Part shown: in pieces, positions 10,404 to 21,248 of the stretch | Layout: the number at the start of each line of letters is the position of its first letter | Numbering within the stretch: the first letter of the stretch is position 1 | Assembly (NCBI GenBank): GCA_963703315.1 | Contig: OY969811.1 | Span: 3,200,001-3,264,000 of the forward strand | Length of the DNA: 64,000 nt | Direction: 5' to 3' | Source: an uncultured cyanobacterium | GTDB lineage: Bacteria; Cyanobacteriota; Cyanobacteriia; Pseudanabaenales; Pseudanabaenaceae | Notes under the pieces: generated by a model | The model's input: only the letters and a program-made list of their open reading frames with translations | Told to the model about the DNA's origin: nothing | Database searches by the model: none | Translations under genes and position numbers: made by a program

Positions 10404-11964
10404 ATATTCTAAGCTGTGCTTGATGTGATAGAAAGGGCAGTAAATTTTGAGCAAGAGTGACAGGATCAACACCCATTTCTGTACGCTGATTTGCTAACCA
10501 TATTGCTGTTTGTGAATGCCAAACTGTAGCCGCGATCACGACATCCTTCGCCGCCATCCCTTGTGCTAACATTCCCCCAATCACCCCTGCTAAAACATCA
10601 CCACTACCGCCCCGCGCTAGAGCTGGTGTACTTTCTGGATTGATCCATATTTGTGATCCTGATGCTTGGGGGAAAGCGATCGCCGTTCTTACACCCTTCA
10701 ATAAGATGATTGATTTAGTCAGGTTTACGGCTGTTTGCAAAGCTTCTAATCGCTCAACATCGCGCAGGTCTGGAAATAACCGACAGAATTCCCCCCAGTG
10801 AGGAGTAAGAATCATGGCACTAGCGCGAGTATTTAATTGGTGAATTAAATACTCTTTTCCATAGGATGCAAGCGCATTTAATCCATCAGCATCAAGAATA
10901 AGTGGGCGATCGCTGTTAAGCACCTGTTCAACAATGGGAAATGCATCAACGGAGAGTCCACACCCACAGGCGATCGCTTGATATTTTTGTAAATCTAGAT
11001 TCGGTAATGAGGCGATCGCGCCCGATGTAGTTTCAGGACAACCGATGACTAGGGCATCAGGCACTTGCGAGAGAATTAGAGGCTGAAGAGAATTTGGCAC
11101 AGCGATCGATAACATCCCGATCCCCGTTGCCTTTGCACCCATTGCAGCTAGAAGTGCTGCACCACCATATTTTTGCGAACCAACCACCAAAAGTAAATGT
11201 CCAACTTCATACTTATGGGTGATTGGATGGCGACTAATGGGAAGGCGATCGCGCAGTACTTGCTGTGGATTAATGCGCCAGAGAGAATGACCCAGAGAAT
11301 GCTCTTGACCAAGTACTTGCAGAATAAATTGCTCAGGAATATCAAAATCGATTCTTTCAAGTTTGCCAATGTATGGCGTTGCTGATTCTGTGAGTAAACC
11401 ACGTTTCCATAAGCCTAAACAGAGGGTATTAGTTGCCCGAATTGCCGTTCCCATGACCATACCGCGATCGCTATGGATACCTGATGGCAAGTCAATACTG
11501 AGGACGGGGATCTGCCAATTATTGACTGTGTTGATGGCGATCGCTACGTCACCAGTGACATCACACTCTAATCCAAATCCAAAAATGCCATCAACAATGA
11601 GATCACAATCTTGTAATTCTTCTAGAGAAACAAAGGGAATTCCCAAGCTTTTCGCATAGCAACCATGAACTCGCGTTAAGGGCTTAGATTTGGGGAATGG
11701 TGTATAGATTTTAAGCTGTCGCCCCTGATGATGCAGTTCTCTTGCAACTACTAAGGCATCGCCACCATTATGTCCAGCTCCAACTAAAATTCCAACTCTT
11801 GGATAGTTATGAATAGGATAGAGTTCGATTAATTTTTGGGTAATCCGTAGAGCAACTTTCTCCATCAGAGCCGCAACTGGCATTCCTGCCTGAAAAATTA
11901 GACTTTCGATCGACTGCATTTGTGCTGCTGTCGCGATCGCTTGTGATGAAAGAGTATCAATCAT
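10402..11964 (-). CDS. nnr: Bifunctional NAD(P)H-hydrate epimerase/dehydratase
   Basis: GAGHNGGDA, DLPSG, ILDADGL, LTPHWGEF and GGSGDVLAG. Confidence 0.92.
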   Translation of the reverse strand: MIDTLSSQAIATAAQMQSIESLIFQAGMPVAALMEKVALRITQKLIELYPIHNYPRVGILVGAGHNGGDALVVARELHHQGRQLKIYTPFPKSKPLTRVHGCYAKSLGIPFVSLEELQDCDLIVDGIFGFGLECDVTGDVAIAINTVNNWQIPVLSIDLPSGIHSDRGMVMGTAIRATNTLCLGLWKRGLLTESATPYIGKLERIDFDIPEQFILQVLGQEHSLGHSLWRINPQQVLRDRLPISRHPITHKYEVGHLLLVVGSQKYGGAALLAAMGAKATGIGMLSIAVPNSLQPLILSQVPDALVIGCPETTSGAIASLPNLDLQKYQAIACGCGLSVDAFPIVEQVLNSDRPLILDADGLNALASYGKEYLIHQLNTRASAMILTPHWGEFCRLFPDLRDVERLEALQTAVNLTKSIILLKGVRTAIAFPQASGSQIWINPESTPALARGGSGDVLAGVIGGMLAQGMAAKDVVIAATVWHSQTAIWLANQRTEMGVDPVTLAQNLLPFLSHQAQLRI

Positions 11965-12161
11965 TTCTGTGCAAATATGTGCAAATATTTTAGGCGTTTC
12001 TGTAAATTGATGATGACGAACTCAGCCTAAAAGGGGTTGACTTTTACGGAAAAAAAAATAAAATAAAGCAAAGCTCGTATAATTTCCATGATACTGTAGG
12101 TTTTAGGAACACCTTCATTAGATGGGATAAATTATGCAAAGTTCTTAATTTCCCGATCCTA

Positions 12162-15095
12162 TTGAAGTATGCGTTAGTTGACTATTTACTTTACATCCTT
12201 TGGTTAGTGTTTATGTTAGCTTATTTCCCAACCAGCTTTTTGCCATCTTCTATCAATTCCTTCTTAGCCCCAATTGTAGAAGAAGTAAAAATCTCCTCAG
12301 ATCTAAATACTCTAAATACCTCTTATCAAGAGGCTGTCACATTTCTAACGCCAATTGTAGAAGAGGTCAAATCTACATCTGTAATCGATACTTCTTATCA
12401 AAATGTTATCGGATTGCTAGAGTCAAGCCCACTAGAACTACAACTTAAAGACAGCATCACACTCGCTTGTGTAAATTCATTAGACGTACTCACCTGTGCT
12501 AAGTTTTTAGAGAGCTATCCAATGCTCACACACTCATTCGTGAGTAATGCTATTCAAACTGTGGAACAGCTATTGACGATATTTGCCTTGTCTGAAGATA
12601 TATCTCAAAAGATTCGCCTAGCTCTTGGTGATTATGTTCTACTCAACCAGTCATCAATAGTTGACTTTAGTAGTATTCCTCAGATCCAGATTCGTCAGTT
12701 TACAGATCCAAATGGTGCTTTTTGGGAATTCTCTCCGCAGACAAACACCATCTATTTGTCCCAGACCTATCTTGAGCAGAATGCATCTAATCCTCAAGTG
12801 ATTATCAATGGCTTGATAGAAGAATTGAGCCACTTTATTAGTTCCCATGCGACTAATCCCAATCCACCTACCCCTCCCAATCCACCTACCATTGATTTAA
12901 CTCCACCCAACGCGATCGCCACCGCAACAGATATCACGACACTGGGAGGTAATACCTATGACTTCACAATCACTTACTCAGATAACGTAGCTGTAAATGC
13001 CGCCACTCTTGGTAGCGGAGATGTACTAGTAACTAGCTCTAATGGCTTTAATCAACTTGCCAGTCTAGTCAGTGTGAACTCCAACAATGATGGCTCCCCC
13101 ATTACTGCAACCTATCAAATTAACGCCCCTGGTGGTAACTGGGATCCAGCAGATAACGGTACTTATAGCCTGTCATTACAAACAAACCAAGTCAGTGACA
13201 CCAATGGCAACTTCACTGAGGCAGCTAATTTGGGTGGATTTGTGGCAAATGTACCACCAATTTCTGCTAGTGAACAGAACATCATCTTTCCATCTGATGC
13301 GGGTGTATTGAATGTTAAAGACTTTGGTGCAAAGGGAGATGGGATTACGGATGATACGGCGGCGATTCAAGCAGCCCTCAATGCCTATCCCAATGGCAAA
13401 CGGATTATTTATTTACCTAATGGAACTTATCTAATCTCGAACACTCTAACTTGGCCCGCAGGTACACCTGGTACAGGTAATGATTATAAGAACACCATTA
13501 TGCAAGGGCAGAGCCAAAGTGGTGTAACGATCAAGTTGAAAGATGGTGCTGCTAGCTTTGGCGACCCCAATAATCCCAAAACCATGATCTTCACAGGTCC
13601 CGCCCCTGCTCAACGGTTCGGCAACTCGATTCGCACCTTGACCGTTGATACAGGAATTGGCAATGCAGGAGCGATCGGCATCCAGTTCAATGCCAGCAAT
13701 CAAGGTTCAATGCGCCAAGTCACGATTCAGTCGGGCGATGGACAAGGAATTGTGGGACTTGATTTCGGCTCTACGGATGAAATTGGTCCACTCTTAGTCA
13801 AGGACGTTACGATTAAGGGATTTCAGTATGGCATTAGGAGTGGCTACACCGTCAATAGTCAGACCTTTGAAAATATTACGCTCCAGAACCAGAGTGTCTA
13901 TGGCTTTTTGAATTTCAGTCAGGTTGTTAATATTCGCAATTTGACTAGTACCAACGCGGTTACGGCGATTTATAACGGCGTTTTTGGATTAAGCCACATG
14001 ACACTACTTAATGCTTCACTGAATGGAATTAATGGTGCTAGTAGTCAGTCCGCCATTATCAATACAAGTACAAGTACATTGCTAGCCCGTGATCTTGTGA
14101 CCACAGGCTATCAGTCATCGATCGCCAGTGGCAGCACAATTATCACTGACTCATCGGTATCTGAGTTTGTGTCAAAACCTGTAACAAGTCTGTTTCCGTC
14201 ACCTGCCAAAACCTTAAATCTACCCGTTAAGGAAACTCCTGATGTGCCTTGGGACAATCTCAATGACTGGGCAAATGTTGTCTCCTTTGGTGCGATCCCT
14301 AATGATGGGTTAGATGATACTGCCGCCATTCAAGCAGCGATCGATTCGGGTAAAACGACCGTCTATCTTCCTGTTGGCAATTACAATCTTCAATCTACCG
14401 TCTTTATTCGCAATAACGCCCGCCGCATTATTGGTACTGAAGCGATCGTTGAAGTCCCCAACTCTGTCAGTCCAGGATTTAAGGTAGTGGATGGGACAAA
14501 TCCTGTCGTTGTCTTCGAGCGGATTGGCAGTGGCTATAACTCTACACCTACGATCGAGAATGCCTCTTCACGGACATTGGTAATTCGAGATGCTACGAAT
14601 GTCTCTGGAAACATGACAGGTTCTGGTGACGTATTTATTGAAAACGTGGTTTCTAATCCATTCTCAAGTTGGACATTTAATGGACAGAACGTGTGGGCGC
14701 GTCAGTTCAATGTCGAGAACCAAGGTACTCACATTACAAATAACGGTGCAAATTTGTGGATTTTTGGTTTGAAAACAGAACGAGGTGGCACTTTAATTGA
14801 TACTAAAAATGGCGGTAAAACCGAACTTCTGGGTGGCTTAGCTTATACAACAACGTCTGCTCCTGATGGAACTCAAAACGATCCCATGTTTATTAATAAT
14901 GAATCTTCAGTTTCAATTAGCCTTGCCGAGGTGAATTATGGCGCACCAGTTTATACAACCTATGTCCGTGAAATTAGAGGTGGTGTAACTAGCAATTTAT
15001 CTGGTAGCAGCTTGCCTGATTACTGGGGAAATGGCAATGATATTCCTCTCTATAGCGGGTTTCAAATGAGTGGTACACAACCGACAATGTTTTAA
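12162..15095 (+). CDS. Modular beta-helix carbohydrate-active protein (pectate_lyase_3/GH55-like) with an Ig-like domain; start uncertain
   Basis: Two NV.dFGA..DG..DDTAAIQAA motifs, a Pro-rich linker and a YDFTITYSDNVAV Ig-like segment. Confidence 0.8.
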   Translation: MKYALVDYLLYILWLVFMLAYFPTSFLPSSINSFLAPIVEEVKISSDLNTLNTSYQEAVTFLTPIVEEVKSTSVIDTSYQNVIGLLESSPLELQLKDSITLACVNSLDVLTCAKFLESYPMLTHSFVSNAIQTVEQLLTIFALSEDISQKIRLALGDYVLLNQSSIVDFSSIPQIQIRQFTDPNGAFWEFSPQTNTIYLSQTYLEQNASNPQVIINGLIEELSHFISSHATNPNPPTPPNPPTIDLTPPNAIATATDITTLGGNTYDFTITYSDNVAVNAATLGSGDVLVTSSNGFNQLASLVSVNSNNDGSPITATYQINAPGGNWDPADNGTYSLSLQTNQVSDTNGNFTEAANLGGFVANVPPISASEQNIIFPSDAGVLNVKDFGAKGDGITDDTAAIQAALNAYPNGKRIIYLPNGTYLISNTLTWPAGTPGTGNDYKNTIMQGQSQSGVTIKLKDGAASFGDPNNPKTMIFTGPAPAQRFGNSIRTLTVDTGIGNAGAIGIQFNASNQGSMRQVTIQSGDGQGIVGLDFGSTDEIGPLLVKDVTIKGFQYGIRSGYTVNSQTFENITLQNQSVYGFLNFSQVVNIRNLTSTNAVTAIYNGVFGLSHMTLLNASLNGINGASSQSAIINTSTSTLLARDLVTTGYQSSIASGSTIITDSSVSEFVSKPVTSLFPSPAKTLNLPVKETPDVPWDNLNDWANVVSFGAIPNDGLDDTAAIQAAIDSGKTTVYLPVGNYNLQSTVFIRNNARRIIGTEAIVEVPNSVSPGFKVVDGTNPVVVFERIGSGYNSTPTIENASSRTLVIRDATNVSGNMTGSGDVFIENVVSNPFSSWTFNGQNVWARQFNVENQGTHITNNGANLWIFGLKTERGGTLIDTKNGGKTELLGGLAYTTTSAPDGTQNDPMFINNESSVSISLAEVNYGAPVYTTYVREIRGGVTSNLSGSSLPDYWGNGNDIPLYSGFQMSGTQPTMF

Positions 15096-15108
15096 GAACT
15101 TTACGTTG

Positions 15109-15192
15109 TTTTTTATGGCGCGGCGAAGTCGCGCCATAAAAAATCTGATTCTATGCAAAAGAAAGAGGTACTTTGTGCCTCTTTCTTTTGCA
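15109..15192. terminator. Two hairpins between convergent genes
   Basis: ttttttatggcgcggcgaagtcgcgccataaaaaa and tgcaaaagaaagagg...cctctttcttttgca. Confidence 0.65.
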
Positions 15193-15193
15193 C

Positions 15194-16492
15194 TTATACT
15201 GCTAGAGCAGGTGCTTTGGTCGTGAGATTAGGATAGTCGAGTTCAGGATAGAGAGGGAAGCGATCGCACAATGCTTGTACTCTCACAATGCAATCAGCTT
15301 GCACCGTATCACTGTCTGGACTTAGGAGGCGATCGGCAATGATATTCGCAATTTCGCGGAAATCGGCTTCCTTCAAACCGCGAGAAGTCATTGCAGGCGA
15401 ACCGAGGCGCAAACCACTGGTCACAAAAGGCGATTCGGGATCGAAGGGAACTGTATTTTTGTTAGCGGTAATATTAATGCCACTTACTAATAGATCAGCA
15501 ACCTTGCCAGTCATACCGATAGAGCGTAAATCTACTAGCAACAAGTGGTTGTCAGTACCATTGGAAACCAATTTCAAACCGCGCTCCTGTAATTGGGAAG
15601 CTAGGGCTTGGGAGTTAGCAATTACTTGTCCACAATAGGTCTTGAATTCAGGACGCAAGGCTTCTCCGAAGGCGACAGCTTTAGCCGCGATGACGTGTTC
15701 AAGAGGACCACCTTGAGAACCAGGGAAGACGGATTTATCAAACTTTTTACCGAGGGCGGCATCACGAGTCATGATCAAGCCACCACGAGGTCCCCGCAAG
15801 GTTTTGTGGGTGGTGGTGGTGACGACATCACAATAGGGGATCGGATTAGGATGGTGTCCCGAAGCTACTAAACCTGCAATGTGAGCGATATCTGCCATCA
15901 AGTATGCACCCACTTCATCAGCGATCGCCCTAAATTTAGCGAAATCAATAATCCGAGGATAGGCTGAGTAACCGCAAATAATTAATTTGGGTTTGTGTTG
16001 CAGAGCCAGATCGCGAATCAAATCAAAATCTAACTGCTCAGTTTCCTTATTTAAGCCGTAATGGACTTTGTTAAACCACATACCTGACACGTTGACAGGT
16101 GAACCATGTGTCAAATGTCCACCATGCGACAAGTCCATACCTAAGAAAGTATCCCCTGGTTTGAGCAGGGTTAGGAATACGGCAAAGTTAGCCTGTGCGC
16201 CAGAATGGGGCTGGACATTGGCATGGGCTGCACCGAATAATTCTTTGATGCGCTCAATGGCGATCGATTCGATTTCATCGACAAACTCACAACCACCGTA
16301 ATAGCGCTTGTTGGGTAAACCTTCGGCATATTTATTAGTTAATACTGATCCCTGCGCTGCCATCACGGCAAGGGAGGTAAAATTTTCGCTGGCAATTAAC
16401 TCAATATTGTTGCGCTGTCTTTCGATTTCTTTACCGATAAAACCTGCGACAAGAGGATCGGATGCGGCGAGGATGGGAAACAAGTTGGTCAT
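15194..16492 (-). CDS. glyA: Serine hydroxymethyltransferase
   Basis: ELIASEN, NKYAEG, GGHLTHG and [14 protein letters not shown]. Confidence 0.98.
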   Translation of the reverse strand: MTNLFPILAASDPLVAGFIGKEIERQRNNIELIASENFTSLAVMAAQGSVLTNKYAEGLPNKRYYGGCEFVDEIESIAIERIKELFGAAHANVQPHSGAQANFAVFLTLLKPGDTFLGMDLSHGGHLTHGSPVNVSGMWFNKVHYGLNKETEQLDFDLIRDLALQHKPKLIICGYSAYPRIIDFAKFRAIADEVGAYLMADIAHIAGLVASGHHPNPIPYCDVVTTTTHKTLRGPRGGLIMTRDAALGKKFDKSVFPGSQGGPLEHVIAAKAVAFGEALRPEFKTYCGQVIANSQALASQLQERGLKLVSNGTDNHLLLVDLRSIGMTGKVADLLVSGINITANKNTVPFDPESPFVTSGLRLGSPAMTSRGLKEADFREIANIIADRLLSPDSDTVQADCIVRVQALCDRFPLYPELDYPNLTTKAPALAV

Positions 16493-16640
16493 TTTGCTAA
16501 GCTTCTGTGCTGATTGTCTGAAATTATTTTGGGAAAAAGCGGTGTTGGGTTAGCCTAAACGAAAACACCCATCAAATTATGCTAACACGCGGTGATAGGT
16601 AGCGCTTTACACTGAGTTAAAATCCATAGACAGACCAAAG

Positions 16641-16762
16641 TAAGTAGGTTGTTGGAATTAAAATGTAGGATGGGTTAGCGACAGCGTAACCCATCGTCTT
16701 TACCCATCTGATGCGTTACGTTACACTAACGCATCCTACAAATAATTAAGCCTTCCCACTTA
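16641..16762. repeat. TAAGTAG...CACTTA element enclosing a REP doublet
   Basis: Core gtaggatgggttagcg...gcatcctac at 16665-16739. Confidence 0.8.
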
Positions 16763-16780
16763 GATACTCAAATAATCACA

Positions 16781-17878
16781 ATGCCCAAGCCGAAGACAAC
16801 TCTGATCCTCAATCCTAAACCCCAATCCCAAATTACCCTCACGGAATATATCACCACGATCGCTTGGTCATCTGATAGCAAATATTTAGTAGCAGCTACA
16901 GCATCAGGGGAAATAGTCCTATTTGATGAGGCGATCGCAGGTCATAATTTGGTGCAGAAGCAGACTGAGTTACAAGCACCAACGGAGATTGCGGTGGATT
17001 GTCTAGGGTTTTCGGCAGATGCTCAATGGCTGGCGGCAGGGGGACAGGATGGCAAGGTGCGTGTCTGGAAATTAGATGGTGAGCAAACGGCGATCGCGGC
17101 AACTCTTGATCTGGGTAAGTCATGGATTGAGCATCTCGTTTGGCATCCTAGCCGTCCCGAATTTGCATTTAGCTTCGGCAAATATGTGCAGATCTGGAGC
17201 GCGGAGACTCTGGACATTGTGACGACTTTGCATTTTGAACAATCGACTGTACTCGCGATCTCATGGCATCCAAGCGGTGAATATCTCTCAGTTGGTGGCG
17301 ATGGTGGGCTTAAAGTATGGGCAGCAAAAGATTGGTACGAAGATCCAATTGTGTTTGCTATGCCTACAGCTACTGCCAAAATCTTGTGGAATCACTCAGG
17401 TGAATATCTCGTCGCAAGCACCCTTGATAACCTCGTTGTAGTGATGCAATGGCTAGGCAATGATTTTGATGCTTCACCTTGGCGGATGCAGGGCTTTCCG
17501 GGCAAGATTCGCTCCTTTGATTGGTCAGCTAGCAAGACTGCACCGTTACTCTCTTCTTCCAGTGGTTCCGATGTGGTGGTGTGGGAAAAACACGCGGATT
17601 TGAATGTGGGTTGGGAAGGAGAAGTGATCAAGGGACATAACAGTATTGTGGGCTTTGTCGCCTTTAAGCCGAAATCAGAAGTACTCGCTTCCGCCGATGA
17701 AAATGGCAGGATTGCCATCTGGAAAAATGCGAGGGATTGGGTGCAAGCTCTGGAAACGCCGATGGGTGAAATTACCGCGTTGCAATGGCAACCACAGGGC
17801 AGAAAGTTAGCTGCTGCTAATGCTGATGGAGAACTAATGCTATGGACTGAATCCTCACAGGGCAAAGGTTTCCGTTAA
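16781..17878 (+). CDS. WD40 repeat protein
   Basis: Repeated W(S/H)P..G..LA.G..DG...W units. Confidence 0.9.
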   Translation: MPKPKTTLILNPKPQSQITLTEYITTIAWSSDSKYLVAATASGEIVLFDEAIAGHNLVQKQTELQAPTEIAVDCLGFSADAQWLAAGGQDGKVRVWKLDGEQTAIAATLDLGKSWIEHLVWHPSRPEFAFSFGKYVQIWSAETLDIVTTLHFEQSTVLAISWHPSGEYLSVGGDGGLKVWAAKDWYEDPIVFAMPTATAKILWNHSGEYLVASTLDNLVVVMQWLGNDFDASPWRMQGFPGKIRSFDWSASKTAPLLSSSSGSDVVVWEKHADLNVGWEGEVIKGHNSIVGFVAFKPKSEVLASADENGRIAIWKNARDWVQALETPMGEITALQWQPQGRKLAAANADGELMLWTESSQGKGFR

Positions 17879-17899
17879 CGTTACGTGGAAGTTTTTAAG

Positions 17900-18000
17900 A
17901 CCCTCACCCCTAGCCCCTCTCCCAGAAAGGGAGAAGGGGAACAAGAACAATCTCTTACTCCCCTTCTCCCTTTCTGGGAGAAGGGGTTGGGGGATGAGGG
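17900..18000. repeat. CCCTC/GAGGG-type long palindromic repeat
   Basis: ccctcacccctagcccctctcccagaaagggagaagggga ... tccccttctccctttctgggagaaggggttgggggatgaggg. Confidence 0.8.
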
Positions 18001-18027
18001 CAATTTGGATTGTGCATAAGTTCTCTT

Positions 18028-19872
18028 CTATTTGTAACCTGCTGCTTGTAGCGAGAATAAATGAGCATAGCGCCCATCAGCTTCTAACAACTGTTCATGA
18101 CTACCTTGCTCAATGATTTGACCATCTGCCATGACGATGATTTTGTCTGCCATGCGTACCGTTGAGAATCGATGGGAAATTAACACCACCATCTGATCCT
18201 GTGTGAGCGCACGGAAATGATTGAAGATATTCATCTCCGCTTCTGCATCCATTGCCGCCGTTGGTTCATCTAATACAAGAATGTCAGCTTGCGATCGCAT
18301 AAAAGCCCGTGACAAAGCAATCTTTTGCCATTGTCCACCCGATAGCTCTTGACCACCCTTAAACCATTTGCCAAGTTGAGTACTAAATCCCTGTGGCATA
18401 TTGTTAATAAAGGGTTTTGCCATTCCTTTTTCCGTAGCAACTTCCCATTCTTGAGATTCATTTAGCCGTTCCACATCACCGACACCGACATTCTCTCCCA
18501 CCGTAAATTGATACTGCACAAAGTTCTGAAAAATTACGCCGATCCTTCTTCGTAATACATCAAGACCCCAATCATTTAAGTCCACACCATCCAGCAAAAT
18601 TCTGCCACTGCTGGGGGTATATAACCGCGTTAATAGTTTGATTAAGGTAGTTTTGCCAGAACCATTTTCACCAACGATCGCCAGTTTTTCGCCATGTTCT
18701 AAATGCAGTGAAATATCCTTTAAGACTGGTTCTTGGCTTTCTGGATAGCAAAAGGAAACATTCTCAAAGCGAATACCATCATGTGTAATTCCTTTCGTGA
18801 TTTTGCCTTGAGATTTAGGAATCGGTTGATCGAGAAATTCGTAGAGATTCGCCAAATACAAATTATCTTCATACATCCCACCGATGGAAGTTAGTGCCGC
18901 CGCAAATGTTGACTGACCTTGACGGAATACGACTAGATACATCGTCATTTCGCCTAAGCTGATTTTGCCAGCGATCGCCTCAATCACAATCCATGCATAA
19001 GCAGCATAAAAGGCTCCTGTACTCAGTAATCCCAGTAAGTAGCCCCACACTCCTTTTTGAATCGTGAGATTCCGATCTTCGTCAAATAGGCGATCAAAAA
19101 TATCACGATAACGCTTTAACAGCATTTCCCCTAATTGATAAAGCTGGACTTCCTTCGCATAGTCTTCTCGCGCTAATAAAGTCTCTAAATAATGTTGCTG
19201 ACGAGTTTCAGGCGATCGCCATTTAAACAATCGGAATGAATGTTCTGAAAATCTAGTTTCAGCAATAAAAGAAGGAATTGCGGCACATATTAGAACAATT
19301 ACCGCCCAAGCCGAATATTGCAATAACAGACCGCTAAAGGTTAACAGAGTCAGCGCCGATTGTCCTAAACCAAAGATGCGACTGATTAGTGACAAAGGAC
19401 GACTGGAAGCTTGCGATCGCGCCTGTGTCATCTTGTCGTAAAATTCTGAATCCTCGAAATGCGCCAGATCTAAGGTGAGCGCTTTTTCTAAAATCAAGAC
19501 ATTGACTCTTTGTCCTAATAGAACTCGTAGTAGTGATTGAGATACATTCAGTCCCTTTTGCGCCAACCCTAAAATCACAATCAAGATCGCCTCAAGTCCT
19601 ACATAACTTAGCGCCAAGTTACGATCGCCGATTAAACCACTCCGCGAAGCCAACACCACACCATCAACAATTAACTTGCCCACGTAGGCGATCGCCGCAG
19701 GTAGTAAGCCACTCATCAGGGTGAAGACCGCGATCGCGATCGTCAAAATCTTGCTAGTCGTCCAAACTAATCCTAATGCTTTGAACCCATAACGAAATAT
19801 TGTCAAAGACTTGCGTAATGTCTTTTTGACGGATTTACGTCCCTTTGCTTCACTTTTTTTCTTGCTTGCCAT
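18028..19872 (-). CDS. ABC exporter, fused permease/ATPase
   Basis: TM domain plus GENGSGKT, LSGGQWQK and ILVLDEPT. Confidence 0.93.
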   Translation of the reverse strand: MASKKKSEAKGRKSVKKTLRKSLTIFRYGFKALGLVWTTSKILTIAIAVFTLMSGLLPAAIAYVGKLIVDGVVLASRSGLIGDRNLALSYVGLEAILIVILGLAQKGLNVSQSLLRVLLGQRVNVLILEKALTLDLAHFEDSEFYDKMTQARSQASSRPLSLISRIFGLGQSALTLLTFSGLLLQYSAWAVIVLICAAIPSFIAETRFSEHSFRLFKWRSPETRQQHYLETLLAREDYAKEVQLYQLGEMLLKRYRDIFDRLFDEDRNLTIQKGVWGYLLGLLSTGAFYAAYAWIVIEAIAGKISLGEMTMYLVVFRQGQSTFAAALTSIGGMYEDNLYLANLYEFLDQPIPKSQGKITKGITHDGIRFENVSFCYPESQEPVLKDISLHLEHGEKLAIVGENGSGKTTLIKLLTRLYTPSSGRILLDGVDLNDWGLDVLRRRIGVIFQNFVQYQFTVGENVGVGDVERLNESQEWEVATEKGMAKPFINNMPQGFSTQLGKWFKGGQELSGGQWQKIALSRAFMRSQADILVLDEPTAAMDAEAEMNIFNHFRALTQDQMVVLISHRFSTVRMADKIIVMADGQIIEQGSHEQLLEADGRYAHLFSLQAAGYK

Positions 19873-19949
19873 AATTATCTATTTTATAGCAGTAGACATT
19901 CATAATGCAGAGAGTGGCGGCGCGAAGCACCGCCACTCTCTGCTAGGTT

Positions 19950-20483
19950 TCATAGCCTCAGCGATCGCCTGATATATCGCCAATAAGCCTGTATCGGAAA
20001 CTGCGTGTAGTCGCGAGTAATTGCTAACAGCACAACTAAATGACCACAAAATGTGGCGATCGCCCAAAACTTGGGAAACCATGCTAGAGGTACATCAGGT
20101 TCAACGGGAAAAAGATAAACAGCCAAAGTCATGATCGCCGTTGGCACAATTACTAACAAAATCCCCAGCACACTTAACCAACGACTCGTATACACTTGCA
20201 CCGCATTTGCATTTTCCCAACCTTTGCCAGTCCAGACCCAGCGCAATGTGGAGATTGTATCCGCCATTTTCAGGACTTGCCGCATGGAATTAGGCTCTTT
20301 TTCCACCACAAAAATATGATTGCAAAAGTTGCAAGCAAGGGATTCCATCATCGGCATCTCGGCGATCGCTCCACGCATACAGACAGGACAAGGGGAAGTT
20401 AGCGATCGTGAATAATTCATGACATTTATTAATATTTTCATGGAATTGTAGCAATTGTCATTTTGCCGTAGGCAAAATGACAA
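19950..20483 (-). CDS. Hypothetical Zn-ribbon membrane protein (start likely downstream of the tracked one)
   Basis: CPVC...CNFC followed by two TM segments. Confidence 0.7.
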   Translation of the reverse strand: MSFCLRQNDNCYNSMKILINVMNYSRSLTSPCPVCMRGAIAEMPMMESLACNFCNHIFVVEKEPNSMRQVLKMADTISTLRWVWTGKGWENANAVQVYTSRWLSVLGILLVIVPTAIMTLAVYLFPVEPDVPLAWFPKFWAIATFCGHLVVLLAITRDYTQFPIQAYWRYIRRSLRL

Positions 20484-20588
20484 TTGCTACAACTGAACTT
20501 GTATCTGATGATTTTAAGCATTTTGCCTGTCTCATCTCTTGTAACATTTCTGTTATGCTCGTAAAACATATGTCTGTAGAAATTATTC

Positions 20589-20634
20589 TGTAGCTTTAAC
20601 TACATTTTCTTTGATTTTTTGGGTTTTTTATAAT
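20589..20634 (+). promoter_or_regulatory. Candidate NtcA-type site plus -10 box
   Basis: TGTA-GCTTTAAC-TACA at 20589-20604; TATAAT at 20629-20634. The 25-nt spacing is longer than the usual ~22. Confidence 0.4.
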
Positions 20635-20656
20635 TTTTTATAAGGATAACTTTAAG

Positions 20657-21199
20657 ATGACTCATTTTCCCATTGTTGAATATGATCAAGTAACTGACCC
20701 TAAAGTGAAAGAGGTCTATGATCAAATTTTGTCAGAACTCGGATTTGGAATTATCCCTAATATTTTCAAATCTATGGCAATTAATCCCAATATCCTCGAA
20801 GCGAATTGGAAAAAATTTCGTTCAACCATTCTTCAGGGGGATGTACCACGCACGCTCAAAGAAATGGTCGGAGTTGCCATTTCACAATCAAACAATAGTG
20901 TCTATGCTCTCAAAGTACATTTACATGGTCTATCTGCTTTGGGAATGAGCGAAGAGGTTCTATCTACTTTAGTTTCCAATTTTGATGCTTGTCCTTTACC
21001 AGAGCGCGAGAAGGCGGTAATTCAATTTGGATTACTAGCAGGAACAAATCCCCTTGCCATCAATGACTCTCATTATCAAAAATTACAATCTTTCGGCTTA
21101 GATGACTCCGAGATTTTTGAAATTGTCGCGGCAGCAGATTTATTCTCTAGTGTGAATCGCTATACCGATGCAATTAACCTCGAAATTGATGCGTTGTAG
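20657..21199 (+). CDS. Carboxymuconolactone decarboxylase/AhpD-like protein lacking the CxxC motif
   Basis: IPNIFKSMAINP...LKEMVGVAISQSNNSVYALKVH, with S..A where the family has C..C. Confidence 0.8.
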   Translation: MTHFPIVEYDQVTDPKVKEVYDQILSELGFGIIPNIFKSMAINPNILEANWKKFRSTILQGDVPRTLKEMVGVAISQSNNSVYALKVHLHGLSALGMSEEVLSTLVSNFDACPLPEREKAVIQFGLLAGTNPLAINDSHYQKLQSFGLDDSEIFEIVAAADLFSSVNRYTDAINLEIDAL

Positions 21200-21248
21200 T
21201 CGAAGATTGTTTCCCTGCCGAAGGCAGGGAAACAATCTTTTATAAAAT

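Noticed and set aside
16493..16780. ZTP or glycine riboswitch upstream of glyA
   Set aside because: No recognisable aptamer motifs; the structured part is a REP-type repeat. An Rfam scan would settle it.
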